DNA from: Fidelibacterota bacterium
Lineage (GTDB): Bacteria; Fidelibacterota; Marinisomatia; Marinisomatales; Marinisomataceae
Assembly: GCA_045560235.1 (NCBI GenBank)
Contig: JBJKZP010000008.1
Span: 145,666 to 209,665, forward strand
Direction: 5' to 3'
Length of the DNA: 64,000 nucleotides
Shown here: in pieces, positions 45,630 to 58,357 of the stretch
Numbering within the stretch: the stretch's first letter is position 1
How the letters are laid out: every line of letters begins with the position of its first letter
Notes under the pieces: generated by a model
The model's input: the letters and a program-made list of their open reading frames with translations, nothing else
The model's database searches: none
Told to the model about the DNA's origin: nothing
Position numbers and translations under genes: made by a program

Positions 45630-46483
45630 AAATCTTTATATATATTTGATCTTTGAGAGTCTAAATATTGCATTTTTATTAGCATTTCTTTTTGACCTAG
45701 TTTTTCCATGATATCACCAATTTTTTGTCCATGATATTTCATAAACATATTCGTATAATTTTCTTGGCTGTAATTATCATAAATTTCATTAAGATTTTTG
45801 ATTAATTCCTCTAGAGATGAAAGCGAATCATCAATATTCCCATTTTCAAATAATTCATAAGTTAAATATGTTGAATATCTTAACTTTCTTAAGCCTATGT
45901 TATCTGTAAGTGTATTGATTAGCAGCAACCTTTGACCCCAGCCTCTTGATAGATTTGATGCACTTGCTCTTACAGCAATGCTCCTTGCTTTTTCATAGTG
46001 CTGGCTCCCACCAAATAAACTCCATGTATCTAGCTCAGCACCAAGCAAAATATTACCATAAAATCCTAGCAGGCTTGAAAGAGGGTCATAGTATACGCTA
46101 TCATAATAAAGAGAAGAATTTTGATTTAACGAAAATTGAGATCCTTTATCAAAAAGATGCAAATCAAGATTATTGCTATATAGAGATTGAATTAAAAAAG
46201 TTTCTGAATTACCAGCATTAGCATTTCCTTCAAAAATAATCTGAATATCCAAATTAATTTCAAGATCGCGATATTCATCATTCCATATAGTATCGACATA
46301 GAACTTTTTTATGTTATTATTTAAGTTAAAAAGAATAGCTTTTTCATCGTTTCTTAGAAGTCTATCGTCAAATGTTATTGTTGCATCTTTGAATTGGGCA
46401 TGAAGATTTGAGAAAAACATTAAAATAATGATGTATTTAACCACTTTTAATGCAAAAGTATATTTTATTAGTTTTCTTAGCAT
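45614..46483 (-). CDS. DUF4835-like (PorD-like) secreted protein
   Basis: Signal peptide ending NLHAQ. LLGFYGNILLGAELDTWSLFGGSQHYEKARSI resembles the conserved core of DUF4835 proteins of Bacteroidota. Call from memory only. Confidence 0.5.
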   Translation of the reverse strand: MLRKLIKYTFALKVVKYIIILMFFSNLHAQFKDATITFDDRLLRNDEKAILFNLNNNIKKFYVDTIWNDEYRDLEINLDIQIIFEGNANAGNSETFLIQSLYSNNLDLHLFDKGSQFSLNQNSSLYYDSVYYDPLSSLLGFYGNILLGAELDTWSLFGGSQHYEKARSIAVRASASNLSRGWGQRLLLINTLTDNIGLRKLRYSTYLTYELFENGNIDDSLSSLEELIKNLNEIYDNYSQENYTNMFMKYHGQKIGDIMEKLGQKEMLIKMQYLDSQRSNIYKDFQSNI

Positions 46484-46513
46484 AATAGACCTATATATTT
46501 TTTAATTTACAAA

Positions 46514-47935
46514 ATGACAATAATTAAAGATATAATTAACCAAAATAAACGCTTGAGCAGTATCGTAAAAGTCATTGCAGAGCTAAGTGAAGAAATTAAT
46601 GTACCTTCATTTTTAGTTGGCGGATGCGTAAGAGACTTAATGCTAGACCCTGAAGTCGACTCAATAGATATTGATATTATGGTTGAAGGAGATGGAATAC
46701 ATTTTGCGCAACAATTAGCCAATAAGCTTAGTGTAGGTAAAATTGTATCTTTCCCAAAATTTTCAACTGCTAAAATTCCATATAAGGAATGTGAAATTGA
46801 GGTTGCTTCTGCTCGGCTTGAAGCTTATAAGAAGAGCTCAAGAAGTCCTTCATCGGTTACTTTAGCAAATATACAAGATGATTTAGTGAGAAGAGATTTT
46901 AGAATAAATGCAATGGCAGTATCTTTAAATAAGGATAATTATGGTGAATTTATAGATCCATTCAAAGGTTTAGATGATTTAAGAAATAAAATTCTTAGAA
47001 CCCCTCTTGACCCAGATTCTACTTTTTCAGATGACCCATTAAGAATGATAAGAGCAGCATATTTTTCTTCAAAATTATCACTTCAAATTAACGAAGAGTG
47101 TTTGTTGTCAATGAAGAAGAATTGTGAAAGAATTAAAATTGTATCTCAAGAGAGGATTACCAATGAATTATTCAAAATTCTTGGTACAGATAAACCTTCT
47201 GTTGGGTTGGATATTTTACAAGAAGCAGGATTAATGGAATTTGTATTTAATGAAATTTCAATAATGTATGGCCTTAACCAATCAAATGAATATCATCATA
47301 AAGATATTTTTTATCACACCTTAGAGGTTGTAGATAATGCAGCAACTTTATCTTCAAAAGTAGAACTTCGACTTGCAGCGCTTGTGCATGATATTGCTAA
47401 GCCAAAAACAAGAAGATTGAATAAGGTTAAAGGGTATACATTTTATGGGCATGATGACGTGGGAGCTAGAATGCTAAAAGATATTTCCCGTAGAATGAAG
47501 TTTGCAAATTCAACTAGAGACTATATAACCAAATTAACTGCTCTGCATTTAAGACCGATTAGTCTTGCCAAAAAGGAAGTTACTGATTCTGCAATAAGAA
47601 GACTCATAGTAGATGCAGGAGAAGAAATCAATGATTTAATGACTTTATGTAGAGCTGATATCACAACAAAGAACCCAAAAAATATTGCTAAATATTTAGG
47701 GAACTTTGATAGGGTAGAAAAAAGGATAAAAGAAGTTATTGATATAGATCAATTGAAAGCTTTTCAATCTCCAGTAAGAGGAGATGAAATAATGAAAATG
47801 TTTGATTTAGAACCAGGTAAAGAAGTGGGAAAAATTAAGAATATGATTGAAGAAGCTATAATCAATGGTGAAATAAAAAATGATTATTCAGAGGCGCTAA
47901 CTTTTCTTGATAAAATTAAACAAGAAAAACTCTAA
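46514..47935 (+). CDS. tRNA nucleotidyltransferase (CCA-adding)/poly(A) polymerase-family enzyme with an HD domain
   Basis: FLVGGCVRDLML, DIDIMV, RRDFRINAM, DPLRMIRA and an HD region HTLEV ... LVHDIAKP. Confidence 0.85.
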   Translation: MTIIKDIINQNKRLSSIVKVIAELSEEINVPSFLVGGCVRDLMLDPEVDSIDIDIMVEGDGIHFAQQLANKLSVGKIVSFPKFSTAKIPYKECEIEVASARLEAYKKSSRSPSSVTLANIQDDLVRRDFRINAMAVSLNKDNYGEFIDPFKGLDDLRNKILRTPLDPDSTFSDDPLRMIRAAYFSSKLSLQINEECLLSMKKNCERIKIVSQERITNELFKILGTDKPSVGLDILQEAGLMEFVFNEISIMYGLNQSNEYHHKDIFYHTLEVVDNAATLSSKVELRLAALVHDIAKPKTRRLNKVKGYTFYGHDDVGARMLKDISRRMKFANSTRDYITKLTALHLRPISLAKKEVTDSAIRRLIVDAGEEINDLMTLCRADITTKNPKNIAKYLGNFDRVEKRIKEVIDIDQLKAFQSPVRGDEIMKMFDLEPGKEVGKIKNMIEEAIINGEIKNDYSEALTFLDKIKQEKL

Positions 47936-47981
47936 TTATTGCTTTCATAATTGCTGTATGATTTGAATATTGTTTAATATT

Positions 47982-48003
47982 AATGTAAAGTAAACTTTAC
48001 ATT
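47982..48003. promoter_or_regulatory. perfect 10-bp inverted repeat with a 2-nt spacer (AATGTAAAGT-AA-ACTTTACATT) between the cca-type gene and tolC
   Basis: Read directly. It lies 47 nt after the stop at 47935 and 102 nt before the tolC-like ATG at 48106. No T-run follows it. Confidence 0.3.
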
Positions 48004-48105
48004 TGTAATAGTTATTAAATCTATATATATTTTGTGCTCGGAAAATAATGAGAAATATTGAAACTTTTAGATATAAATTATGTCTAAAGAATATTAAGGA
48101 TTAAG

Positions 48106-49374
48106 ATGAAGAAAAAAGTATTATTAATATTATTACTATGTGTAGCAAATGCACAAACATTAAGTATTGATGAAGCGGTAAGAATTGCGCTTGAAAACAA
48201 AGCACCAATCACTAATGCTCAAAGAGATGTTACTATTGCCAAGCTCAATAGAGGATCTGCTGCAGCATTATTGCTTCCATCTATAAGTGCAAGCAATTCT
48301 TTTAGAGAAACTACATATGGCAATTCATTAATCTCAGGAGGAGAATCATATTCAGGAGGAGTTAATTTATCTCAAAGCCTTTTTAATTTTGGTAGTAGAG
48401 TAAATTCAGTTCGCCAGAGCGATAATACTTATCAGATTTCTAAAATTCAGAAAAGAGAAACAACTTCTAGAATAATCTTAAATGTTTACACATTTTATTA
48501 TCAGTATTTAAAAAATTCAGAACTATTCGAAATTGCAAAAGAAGATCTACTGCTATCCAAAAAACAACTAGATCTTGTAAAGCAACAATTTGAATTAGGC
48601 GCAGTCAGTAAAACAGACTATTTAAAAGCAACTGTTAGATATGGTACTGCTAAATCTACATTGCTAAACAGAGAACTTAACTTTAATAATTCTGTAAAAA
48701 ATTTAAGGAATAGTATGGGATTAATTGGAAAAGACATCTCAATCAACCTACCCAAAAAAGTTGAAATTAATTTAATTATCCCTTCATTTGAAGAGGCATA
48801 CCAGTTGATGTCTCAAAACAGTCCAAGTTTAAACATTTTAGATAAAAGAATAGATTCGGCAAAAATTAGTGTTAAGCAATCATGGGCTTCAACCTTACCA
48901 AGTTTAAGCATGAGCTTGGGATACAACGCTAGCTCAAGTGATGAAATTACAAAGCAATATTTTGAAGATAATTATATCAAAAGCGCTAATTTGACCTTAA
49001 GTATTCCAATATTTAATGGATTTAGAAAACGAAATGATATAAAAATTTCCAAATTACAATTATCTAAACAAGAATCATCATACAGTGCTGCATTAAAAAA
49101 TGCGCAGGTAGACTTGCATGCAGCACTTAATAGATTAAATAATTATGAAGAGTTGATACCCATTCAAGAAGAAGTATTATTATCCGCAGAAGAAGATTTG
49201 AAACTAGCTCAACAAAAATATGAGTTAGGCTCAGCAACTATATTAGAATTATTAGATGCCCAATTAACTGTTATTCAAGCTAGCTCATCATTAGTTGGTA
49301 CAAAATATGATGCAGCAATTCAATCAGCTAGCTTAGATGATTTAATTGGGACACTAGATAAAAAATACAAATAA
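48106..49374 (+). CDS. TolC-family outer-membrane efflux protein
   Basis: Signal peptide, LSIDEAVRIALENKAPI and two repeats of the OEP pattern (LDLVKQQFELGAVSKTDYL / LKLAQQKYELGSATILELLDAQ). Confidence 0.85.
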   Translation: MKKKVLLILLLCVANAQTLSIDEAVRIALENKAPITNAQRDVTIAKLNRGSAAALLLPSISASNSFRETTYGNSLISGGESYSGGVNLSQSLFNFGSRVNSVRQSDNTYQISKIQKRETTSRIILNVYTFYYQYLKNSELFEIAKEDLLLSKKQLDLVKQQFELGAVSKTDYLKATVRYGTAKSTLLNRELNFNNSVKNLRNSMGLIGKDISINLPKKVEINLIIPSFEEAYQLMSQNSPSLNILDKRIDSAKISVKQSWASTLPSLSMSLGYNASSSDEITKQYFEDNYIKSANLTLSIPIFNGFRKRNDIKISKLQLSKQESSYSAALKNAQVDLHAALNRLNNYEELIPIQEEVLLSAEEDLKLAQQKYELGSATILELLDAQLTVIQASSSLVGTKYDAAIQSASLDDLIGTLDKKYK

Positions 49375-49383
49375 GGAGTTTTT

Positions 49384-50646
49384 GTGAAAAAGTTCATTGA
49401 TTTAGTTAAACAAAATAAAATTAAAGCACTTGGTGTTTTGGCAGTTATCGCATTAGCCTTTTCTTTTTTTGGTGGAGGTGACGATGGCAGTATACTTGAA
49501 ATATCTGTTCAAGAGGTTGGCACCAAAGATTTAAGCAGTAAAGTAGTAGCTGATGGAGTATTAACTCCTGAAACGGAAGTAAAACTTAGTGCAAATAGTA
49601 CTACTTATATTACTAAGATTGCTGTTAAAGAAGGAGATGTTGTTAAGAAAGGTGATTTTTTAATGTCACTTGATGACGAGCAACAAAGTGCAGCTACGGA
49701 AGCTTCAAGAGCAAGCCTAGAAGCTGCAAAGGTTCAGCTTGAACAAAGGAAGAAACAGCAAGAGAGACAGTCTAAACTTTATGAGCAGGGACTTATTTCA
49801 GATCAAGAAATGGAAACTACAAATTCCTCATACGCTTCAGCATTAAGCTCTTTTAATGGTGCGCAATCTAGATTAATTCAAGATGAAGATGCATTATCAA
49901 AATTAAGATTAATTGCTCCTCAAGATGGTACAATTACATTTATAGATGGAGAAGAAGGTGATTTGGCCCAAGGCGGTATGTTTAGCCCAACTGTTTTAAT
50001 GAAATTATCTGATTTATCAAAAATGGAAGTATATGTTAATGTAAATGAAAATGACATTGCTGATATTTCCATCAATGATACTGCATTAATTCAAGTAGAT
50101 GCTTATCAAAATAAAAAATTTAAAGGCATTGTTAAGGAAGTTGCATATGCAGCCACTACTTCAAGCGGTGGATCATCACAGCAGGTCACAAATTTTCAGG
50201 TTAAAGTTCAAATGTTAGATGTTGAAGATGGAATGCGTCCAGGGATGAGTGCTACAGTCGATATTATTACGGAAGAAAGATTGGGAGCAATTGCTATACC
50301 AATTCAAGCATTAACAACTCCAAGGCCTTCTAAAAAATCTGAGGGCAAAAAACCATCAATGTCTGTAGAAGTTTCTTCAGGAGCAAATGATTGGTCTCAA
50401 ATGAAAAGAAATTCAGGTAACAAGTCTAAATCAACAGTTGTATTTGTATTAAAAGAAGATAATACAGTAGAACAACGAGTTGTAGAAGCTGGTATTGTAG
50501 GCGACAGAGACTATGAAATTCTTTCAGGTCTTGAGGAGGGTGAAAAAATTGTTACAGGAAGCTTCATTGCCATAAGTAGAGAGCTATTTGATGGAGCAGC
50601 TGTGAAAGTAAAAGAAAACTCCATACAAAGACGTAAGCGTGGCTAA
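49384..50646 (+). CDS. efflux periplasmic adaptor (HlyD/MacA-type membrane fusion protein)
   Basis: N-terminal TM, lipoyl-like hairpin [18 protein letters not shown] ... LIAPQDGTI, a coiled-coil hairpin and a beta-barrel domain. GTG start. Confidence 0.85.
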   Translation: MKKFIDLVKQNKIKALGVLAVIALAFSFFGGGDDGSILEISVQEVGTKDLSSKVVADGVLTPETEVKLSANSTTYITKIAVKEGDVVKKGDFLMSLDDEQQSAATEASRASLEAAKVQLEQRKKQQERQSKLYEQGLISDQEMETTNSSYASALSSFNGAQSRLIQDEDALSKLRLIAPQDGTITFIDGEEGDLAQGGMFSPTVLMKLSDLSKMEVYVNVNENDIADISINDTALIQVDAYQNKKFKGIVKEVAYAATTSSGGSSQQVTNFQVKVQMLDVEDGMRPGMSATVDIITEERLGAIAIPIQALTTPRPSKKSEGKKPSMSVEVSSGANDWSQMKRNSGNKSKSTVVFVLKEDNTVEQRVVEAGIVGDRDYEILSGLEEGEKIVTGSFIAISRELFDGAAVKVKENSIQRRKRG

Positions 50647-51328
50647 AAACAAAAAAGAAATTATCGCAATACAATCTGTTTCGAAAATTTACCATCTTGG
50701 AGAGACGGTTGTTAAAGCCTTGGATAATGTATCGTTAAGTATTTATGAAAATGATTATATATCTATTATGGGTCCATCAGGATCAGGTAAATCAACATTA
50801 ATGAATATCATTGGATGTTTAGATGTTCCAACAAAAGGTGATTATAAATTTAATAGTGAATTAATATCAGAAATGAATGACAACCAGCTTGCAAATATTA
50901 GAAATCAAAAAATTGGCTTTGTTTTCCAGACATTTAATCTGTTACCAAAATTAAATGCAATGCAAAATGTTGAAGTGCCTCTGATTTATTCTTCTTTGGG
51001 TAAAAAAGATAGAACTGAAAGAGTCGAAGAAGCTTTGAGTATTGTTGGTTTGCAAGATAGAATGACACATAAGCCTAATGAGCTTTCCGGAGGTCAAAGA
51101 CAACGAGTTGCAATTGCTAGAGCTCTTGTTAATAAACCCTCTATTATTCTAGCTGATGAGCCAACTGGTAACCTTGATTCTAAAAGCGGAAATGATATAT
51201 TAAAATTTTTCGCCAAATTGCATAAAGCTGGAAATACTATCATTATGGTTACGCATGAAGAATCTGTTGCAAAACTCTCAAAAAGAAGAATAGATATTTT
51301 TGACGGAAAAATTGCAAGAGATGAATAA
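50639..51328 (+). CDS. ABC transporter ATP-binding protein (MacB/LolD-type)
   Basis: GPSGSGKST (Walker A), [10 protein letters not shown] (Q-loop), [15 protein letters not shown] (signature), [11 protein letters not shown] (Walker B) and VTHE. Confidence 0.9.
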   Translation: MAKNKKEIIAIQSVSKIYHLGETVVKALDNVSLSIYENDYISIMGPSGSGKSTLMNIIGCLDVPTKGDYKFNSELISEMNDNQLANIRNQKIGFVFQTFNLLPKLNAMQNVEVPLIYSSLGKKDRTERVEEALSIVGLQDRMTHKPNELSGGQRQRVAIARALVNKPSIILADEPTGNLDSKSGNDILKFFAKLHKAGNTIIMVTHEESVAKLSKRRIDIFDGKIARDE

Positions 51329-52562
51329 TTTTTTTAAAAATGTTTTAATCGGTTTATTTTCAATTAGGTCAAATATGACCAGAGTTATTCTTACTTCAAC
51401 TGGATTAACTATTGGTATTTTTACAGTTAGTTTAGTAACCGCTTCAATCTCTAGTATTGACAAGGAATTTGCAAAATCCATGGATTACTATGGAAACGAT
51501 AAAATATATGTGGGTACTTGGCCATGGTCTTTTGATTTTGATTGGTGGAAATACAGAAATCGTCCAAGAATTGAAGAATCTTCTTTGGATTATATCAACC
51601 AATACAGTGAATACGTAACCGATGTAAGTATTAAAAAAAATACTTGGACTAAAGCAAGCTTTGGCAATAAGGCTTCATGGTTACAACTTAACGGAGTGTA
51701 TCCAAGCTATCAAGATATGCTCAGTGGAACAGAGATTGTCAGTGGACGTTTCTTTTCTCAAAATGAATGGGAATTACAGCGAAGAGTAATTATTGTGGGC
51801 GCAAGTGTTAGAGATGGATTTTTTGAAGGTAAAGATCCTATTGGAAAGAAAATTAGATTGAATAATGTCACATTCGAAATTATTGGTGAGCTAAAAAAAC
51901 AAGGTATGGGAATGGTTCCTGGAGGAAGTCTTGATTCTCTTGTGCTTATGCCTTCAACAACATTTGAACGTATTTTGACTAGATGGGGATTTGATGAATT
52001 AGTATTACAAACTAATCCAGATAATATTCCCTTAGCAAAAGAAGAAGTGGGGATGATTATGCGAGTCGCTAGAAAAATTCCTCCAGGTGATAATGATAAT
52101 TTTTCTGTGAATTCTGCCGATGCTTATCAAACTCAGTTTAATGATATGAAAAATGCTATTGCCGGGATGGGATTTTTAGTCACAGGAATTTCCTTAGTTG
52201 TATCTGCTATTGGAATTATGAATGTAATGTTTGTTTCTGTAAGAGAGAGAACTAGAGAAATTGGCTTGAGAAAAGCAATGGGCGCTACAAACTTTAATAT
52301 TCTAACTCAATTTTTAAGTGAAGCTGTTGCTATTGCAATTATTGGCGGATCTGTTGGAATTTTACTTATACGACTAACAGTCTTTGGTATTTCTTCTTTC
52401 CCGATTGCAAGTTTTAATGGCTCTACTCTTCCAGTAAGTTTCGATATTATTTTAGTCTTTTATACTTTTATGGTTTGCGTAGTAATTGGCGTATTAGCTG
52501 GTATGATTCCTGCTAGAACTGCAGCAAATTTAAACCCGATAGATGCCCTAAGAGATGAATAG
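51321..52562 (+). CDS. ABC transporter permease (MacB/FtsX-type with a large periplasmic domain)
   Basis: TM1, a periplasmic MacB_PCD-like region of about 220 aa, then the FtsX core ([25 protein letters not shown]). C-terminus NPIDALRDE. Start at ATG 51321. Confidence 0.85.
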   Translation: MNNFFKNVLIGLFSIRSNMTRVILTSTGLTIGIFTVSLVTASISSIDKEFAKSMDYYGNDKIYVGTWPWSFDFDWWKYRNRPRIEESSLDYINQYSEYVTDVSIKKNTWTKASFGNKASWLQLNGVYPSYQDMLSGTEIVSGRFFSQNEWELQRRVIIVGASVRDGFFEGKDPIGKKIRLNNVTFEIIGELKKQGMGMVPGGSLDSLVLMPSTTFERILTRWGFDELVLQTNPDNIPLAKEEVGMIMRVARKIPPGDNDNFSVNSADAYQTQFNDMKNAIAGMGFLVTGISLVVSAIGIMNVMFVSVRERTREIGLRKAMGATNFNILTQFLSEAVAIAIIGGSVGILLIRLTVFGISSFPIASFNGSTLPVSFDIILVFYTFMVCVVIGVLAGMIPARTAANLNPIDALRDE

Positions 52563-53823
52563 AGTATTTAATTACCTTATTGATGCCGTTGGAGGTGTCT
52601 TATTCTATTTTGGTCAAACAAAATTACGTACTGCACTGACTTTGATGGGTATTACTGTTGGAGTTTCCTCAATCATTGCAATTATGACTGTCTTAGCTAC
52701 ATTTGAAAAACAAACTGAAATGCTGGTCAGTGATATGAAAACCAATATTTTTTATATCACAAAAGATAATCCTATTGATGTTCAATTTGGACCCAGTGTT
52801 GGTCGTAAAGGAAGAATTCCAAGAATTACATGGGATGAATATGAACAATTAAAACGCACCCTTACTTTAACAACAAATATGGCTGCCACCACAGCTGAAG
52901 AACCTAGTGATAGAACTATATCTGTTGGAAAAGAAGAATTAACAAGTAGGCTTGCAAGTTTTTGGGGATCAGATGGAGATGTTTTATCTGTTTCTAAATA
53001 TGATATTCTTGATGGAAGAAATATTCAAGATATTGATGTAGAAAATTCTCGTCGAGTTGCTATTGTAGGATACTATATTAAAGAACAGCTTTTTCCATAT
53101 TCAAACCCAGTTGGTCAATCAATCGAAATTGATAATATTCCCTTTGAAATAATTGCTTTAACAGAGCCAAAAGGTGAATTATTAGGTCAAAATATGGATA
53201 GCATGATCGGTATTCCAATTAGTACCTTCTTGAAATATTTTGGCACAAAAGGATGGAGAGGAAGACCTGACCTTCAACTTATTCTAGAAGCTGAATCGAT
53301 GGATACTTTGGCAGATGCTACAGATGAAGCTATCGGGGTATTTAGAGCTATAAGAAAAATACCTCCAGGTGATCCAAATAATTTTTATATCGCAACAAAT
53401 GACCAACTAATGGATACTTTTGGGAGCTTTACTTCTTCGCTATCAATTTTTGTGGGATTGATTGCAGGTATTTCATTGTTAGTTGCAGGAATAGGTATTG
53501 CTAATATCATGCTAGTGTCCCTCACTGAAAGAATCAAAGAGATTGGTATTAGAAAAGCATTAGGCGCTCGAAGAATAGACATTTTCTTACAGTTTTTAAT
53601 TGAAGCAATTTTGATTTCTCTCTTGGGAGGAATAGTTGGAATTATCTTAGGATTGTCATTTGGAAGTATTGTTGCAATATTTTTACAGCAGGAACCAGTA
53701 ATTCCTTTTGATTGGGTATTTTATAGTTTACAAATTTGTGCTTCTATGGGAATTATTTTTGGTTTATACCCAGCGATAAGAGCATCTAGATTGAATCCTA
53801 TAGATTCTATGAGATATGATTAG
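52555..53823 (+). CDS. ABC transporter permease (MacB/FtsX-type), paralogue of the preceding gene
   Basis: Same architecture: GIANIMLVSLTERIKEIGIRKALGA and a C-terminal NPIDSMRYD. Confidence 0.85.
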   Translation: MNRVFNYLIDAVGGVLFYFGQTKLRTALTLMGITVGVSSIIAIMTVLATFEKQTEMLVSDMKTNIFYITKDNPIDVQFGPSVGRKGRIPRITWDEYEQLKRTLTLTTNMAATTAEEPSDRTISVGKEELTSRLASFWGSDGDVLSVSKYDILDGRNIQDIDVENSRRVAIVGYYIKEQLFPYSNPVGQSIEIDNIPFEIIALTEPKGELLGQNMDSMIGIPISTFLKYFGTKGWRGRPDLQLILEAESMDTLADATDEAIGVFRAIRKIPPGDPNNFYIATNDQLMDTFGSFTSSLSIFVGLIAGISLLVAGIGIANIMLVSLTERIKEIGIRKALGARRIDIFLQFLIEAILISLLGGIVGIILGLSFGSIVAIFLQQEPVIPFDWVFYSLQICASMGIIFGLYPAIRASRLNPIDSMRYD

Positions 53824-53839
53824 GCTTATAGCCTTTTTC
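53822..53839 (+). terminator. weak candidate intrinsic terminator (AGGCT-TAT-AGCCT followed by TTTTTC)
   Basis: A 5-bp stem overlapping the permease stop codon, followed by a T-run. The stem is short. Confidence 0.3.
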
Positions 53840-53882
53840 TTGCTGTAAAGTTCTTAATCATCTAAATTCATTCAAATTATTT

Positions 53883-54190
53883 ATGTCTAATAAAAATAAA
53901 ATCACAGAACAAGAAGTTAAAAAAATAGCAGATCTTTCTAGATTATCTTTAACCAAGGATGAACTTGAAAAAAGAACTGAAGACATGAATAATATTTTGA
54001 ACTATATGGATATATTAAATGAGATTGATACAGATGATGTTGAAGAGCTTGATAACGTTCATGATATGCATGCCTCTTTAAGAGCAGATACAGCTAATAG
54101 CTCTTTAAGCAAAGAAGATATTTTAAAGAACAGTCCAAGTTCAAATGGAGATTATATTCAAGTGCCTTTGACTGTTAAAAAGGAAAGTCA

Positions 54191-54194
<4 letters not shown>
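53883..54194 (+). CDS. gatC: Asp/Glu-tRNA amidotransferase subunit C
   Basis: ITEQEVKKIADLSRLSLTKDELEK ... ILNYMDILNEIDT ... LRAD matches the GatC pattern. 103 aa. Confidence 0.8.
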
Positions 54195-56470
<2,276 letters not shown>

Positions 56471-56471
<1 letters not shown>

Positions 56472-57298
56472 TGGGAATAAATAAAGTGCAGGCAAAAGAT
56501 ATTTTTTTTGGAAATGATTCAATTCCTTTTATTGGAGGACCATGCGTTATAGAAAGCAGGGATCATTGTTTTGGTATGGCGGAACAAATTACAGACGTTG
56601 TCAATCGTTTAAATGTACCATTTATTTTTAAAAGCTCTTTTGATAAAGCAAATCGTACTTCAATATCCTCTTTTAGAGGTAATGGTATTGAAGGTGGATT
56701 AAGAGTTTTAGAAGAAATCAAAAAAAATTTCAATATCCCTGTCACAACAGATATTCATCTTCCAGAGCATGCAAACGAAGTGTGTGATGTGGTAGATATA
56801 ATCCAGATTCCAGCATTTTTATGTAGACAGACAGATCTATTAATCGCTGCAGCTAAAACAGGAAAGGTAATAAATATTAAAAAAGGACAATTTTTATCTC
56901 CTTACAAAGTTGGAAATATTATTAAGAAGATTGAAGAAGTTGGAAACAAAAATATTTTAATAACTGAAAGAGGTAATACATTTGGTTTTGATAGCTTAGT
57001 CACTGATTTAAGGTCAATTCCAATTATGAGGCAGTTTGGCTATCCAGTTATTTTTGATGCAACTCATAGTGCGCAAATACCTGGGAATCATGAGAAAACT
57101 ACTAGAGGAAATAGAGAGTTTATTCCATCTCAAACTTTTTCAGCTGTATCATCTGGCGCAGATGGTATTTTTATGGAAGTGCACGATGATGTAGAAAATG
57201 CATTAAGCGATGCCAGTACCCAGTGGCCAATTAACAAACTTGAAAAAACGTTAAAATCAATACTAGCATTTAGGGAGACTTATTTAAAACATGGATAA
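56471..57298 (+). CDS. kdsA: 3-deoxy-8-phosphooctulonate synthase
   Basis: GPCVIES, FKSSFDKANRTS, IQIPAFLCRQTDL, IKKGQF and DATHS. Confidence 0.9.
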
Positions 57299-57833
57299 AA
57301 AATTAAAAGAAAAGCTTTCAGGAATTAAGCTTTTTATTTGTGATATTGATGGCGTATTAACTGATGGAGCATTTATAAAAAGTACATCAGGAGAGGAGCT
57401 GAGATCATTCAATGCTTTAGATGGCGTCGGATTTGTTATGCTTCGTTTATTAAAGCTTGATATTAAAACTGCTTGGATAACTGGCAGAGAATCTGCAACC
57501 ACAACATTAAGAGCAAAAGAGCTGCAAATAGATGATATTTATAATGGTGTTATTAGAAAGATTGATGCATATAATGAATTAAAAAAGAAGTATAGCATAT
57601 CAGATAATGAAATCTGTTTTATTGGAGATGACATAATTGACATCCCACTTCTTGAAAAAGTTGGTTTTGCAGTTACTGTCCCTAATGCTCCTAAATATAT
57701 TTCTAATTATGCTCATTATACTACAACTTTAAAAGGAGGACAGGGGGCAGTGAGAGAAGTTATTGATATGTTGATTGAATCTAAAGGAGAGTATATAGCT
57801 CATTTAGATAAGCTTCTTGAAGAATTGAGATGA
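57291..57833 (+). CDS. kdsC: Kdo-8-phosphate phosphatase (C0 HAD)
   Basis: ICDIDGVLTDGAF, ITGRES and GDDIIDIP. Confidence 0.85.
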   Translation: MDKKLKEKLSGIKLFICDIDGVLTDGAFIKSTSGEELRSFNALDGVGFVMLRLLKLDIKTAWITGRESATTTLRAKELQIDDIYNGVIRKIDAYNELKKKYSISDNEICFIGDDIIDIPLLEKVGFAVTVPNAPKYISNYAHYTTTLKGGQGAVREVIDMLIESKGEYIAHLDKLLEELR

Positions 57834-58357
57834 TTAAAAGATTTAATAGTTTTTTTATCCTTATAATATTTTATCTGATTGGATGCTCAACTCCTAAAAC
57901 CAGTGAAAATATTGTACAGCATCGACATGATCAAATATCTAGTAATATAGAAATCACTTTAACAAAAAAAGGCAATATAACAGCAAAGATTCAATCTGAC
58001 ATTCTTAAAAAAGATAAAAAGTCTTTGCAGCTAGAATTAAATGATAATGTACATGTAGATTTGTATGACGAAAACTTTATACATAAATCTCTAATTAAGT
58101 CTCAATCAGCAATTGTAGATGAAAAAGATAATCGAATTAAAGCTTTTGGAAAAGTTAGTGTAGAGACAAATGACGGAAAGAAGCTGTTGACTGATTCCTT
58201 GCTTTGGGACAATAGCTTAGATAAAATATTTACTGAAGCTACTTTAGAGTTTATAACTTCAGATACAGATACGTTGTATGGTAAGGGATTTGAATCAAAT
58301 ATAGATTTAACAAATTGGAATATTCTAAATCCTAGAGGTTCAATTAATAATGAGTAA
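57830..58357 (+). CDS. lptC: LptC-like LPS export protein, apparently lipoprotein-anchored
   Basis: Sits between kdsC and lptB. The beta-jellyroll-like repeat pattern (AFGKVSVETNDGKKLLTDSLLWD ... LYGKGFESN) resembles the LptC family. The N-terminus FYLIGCSTP contains a lipobox (L-I-G-C). Confidence 0.6.
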   Translation: MIKRFNSFFILIIFYLIGCSTPKTSENIVQHRHDQISSNIEITLTKKGNITAKIQSDILKKDKKSLQLELNDNVHVDLYDENFIHKSLIKSQSAIVDEKDNRIKAFGKVSVETNDGKKLLTDSLLWDNSLDKIFTEATLEFITSDTDTLYGKGFESNIDLTNWNILNPRGSINNE

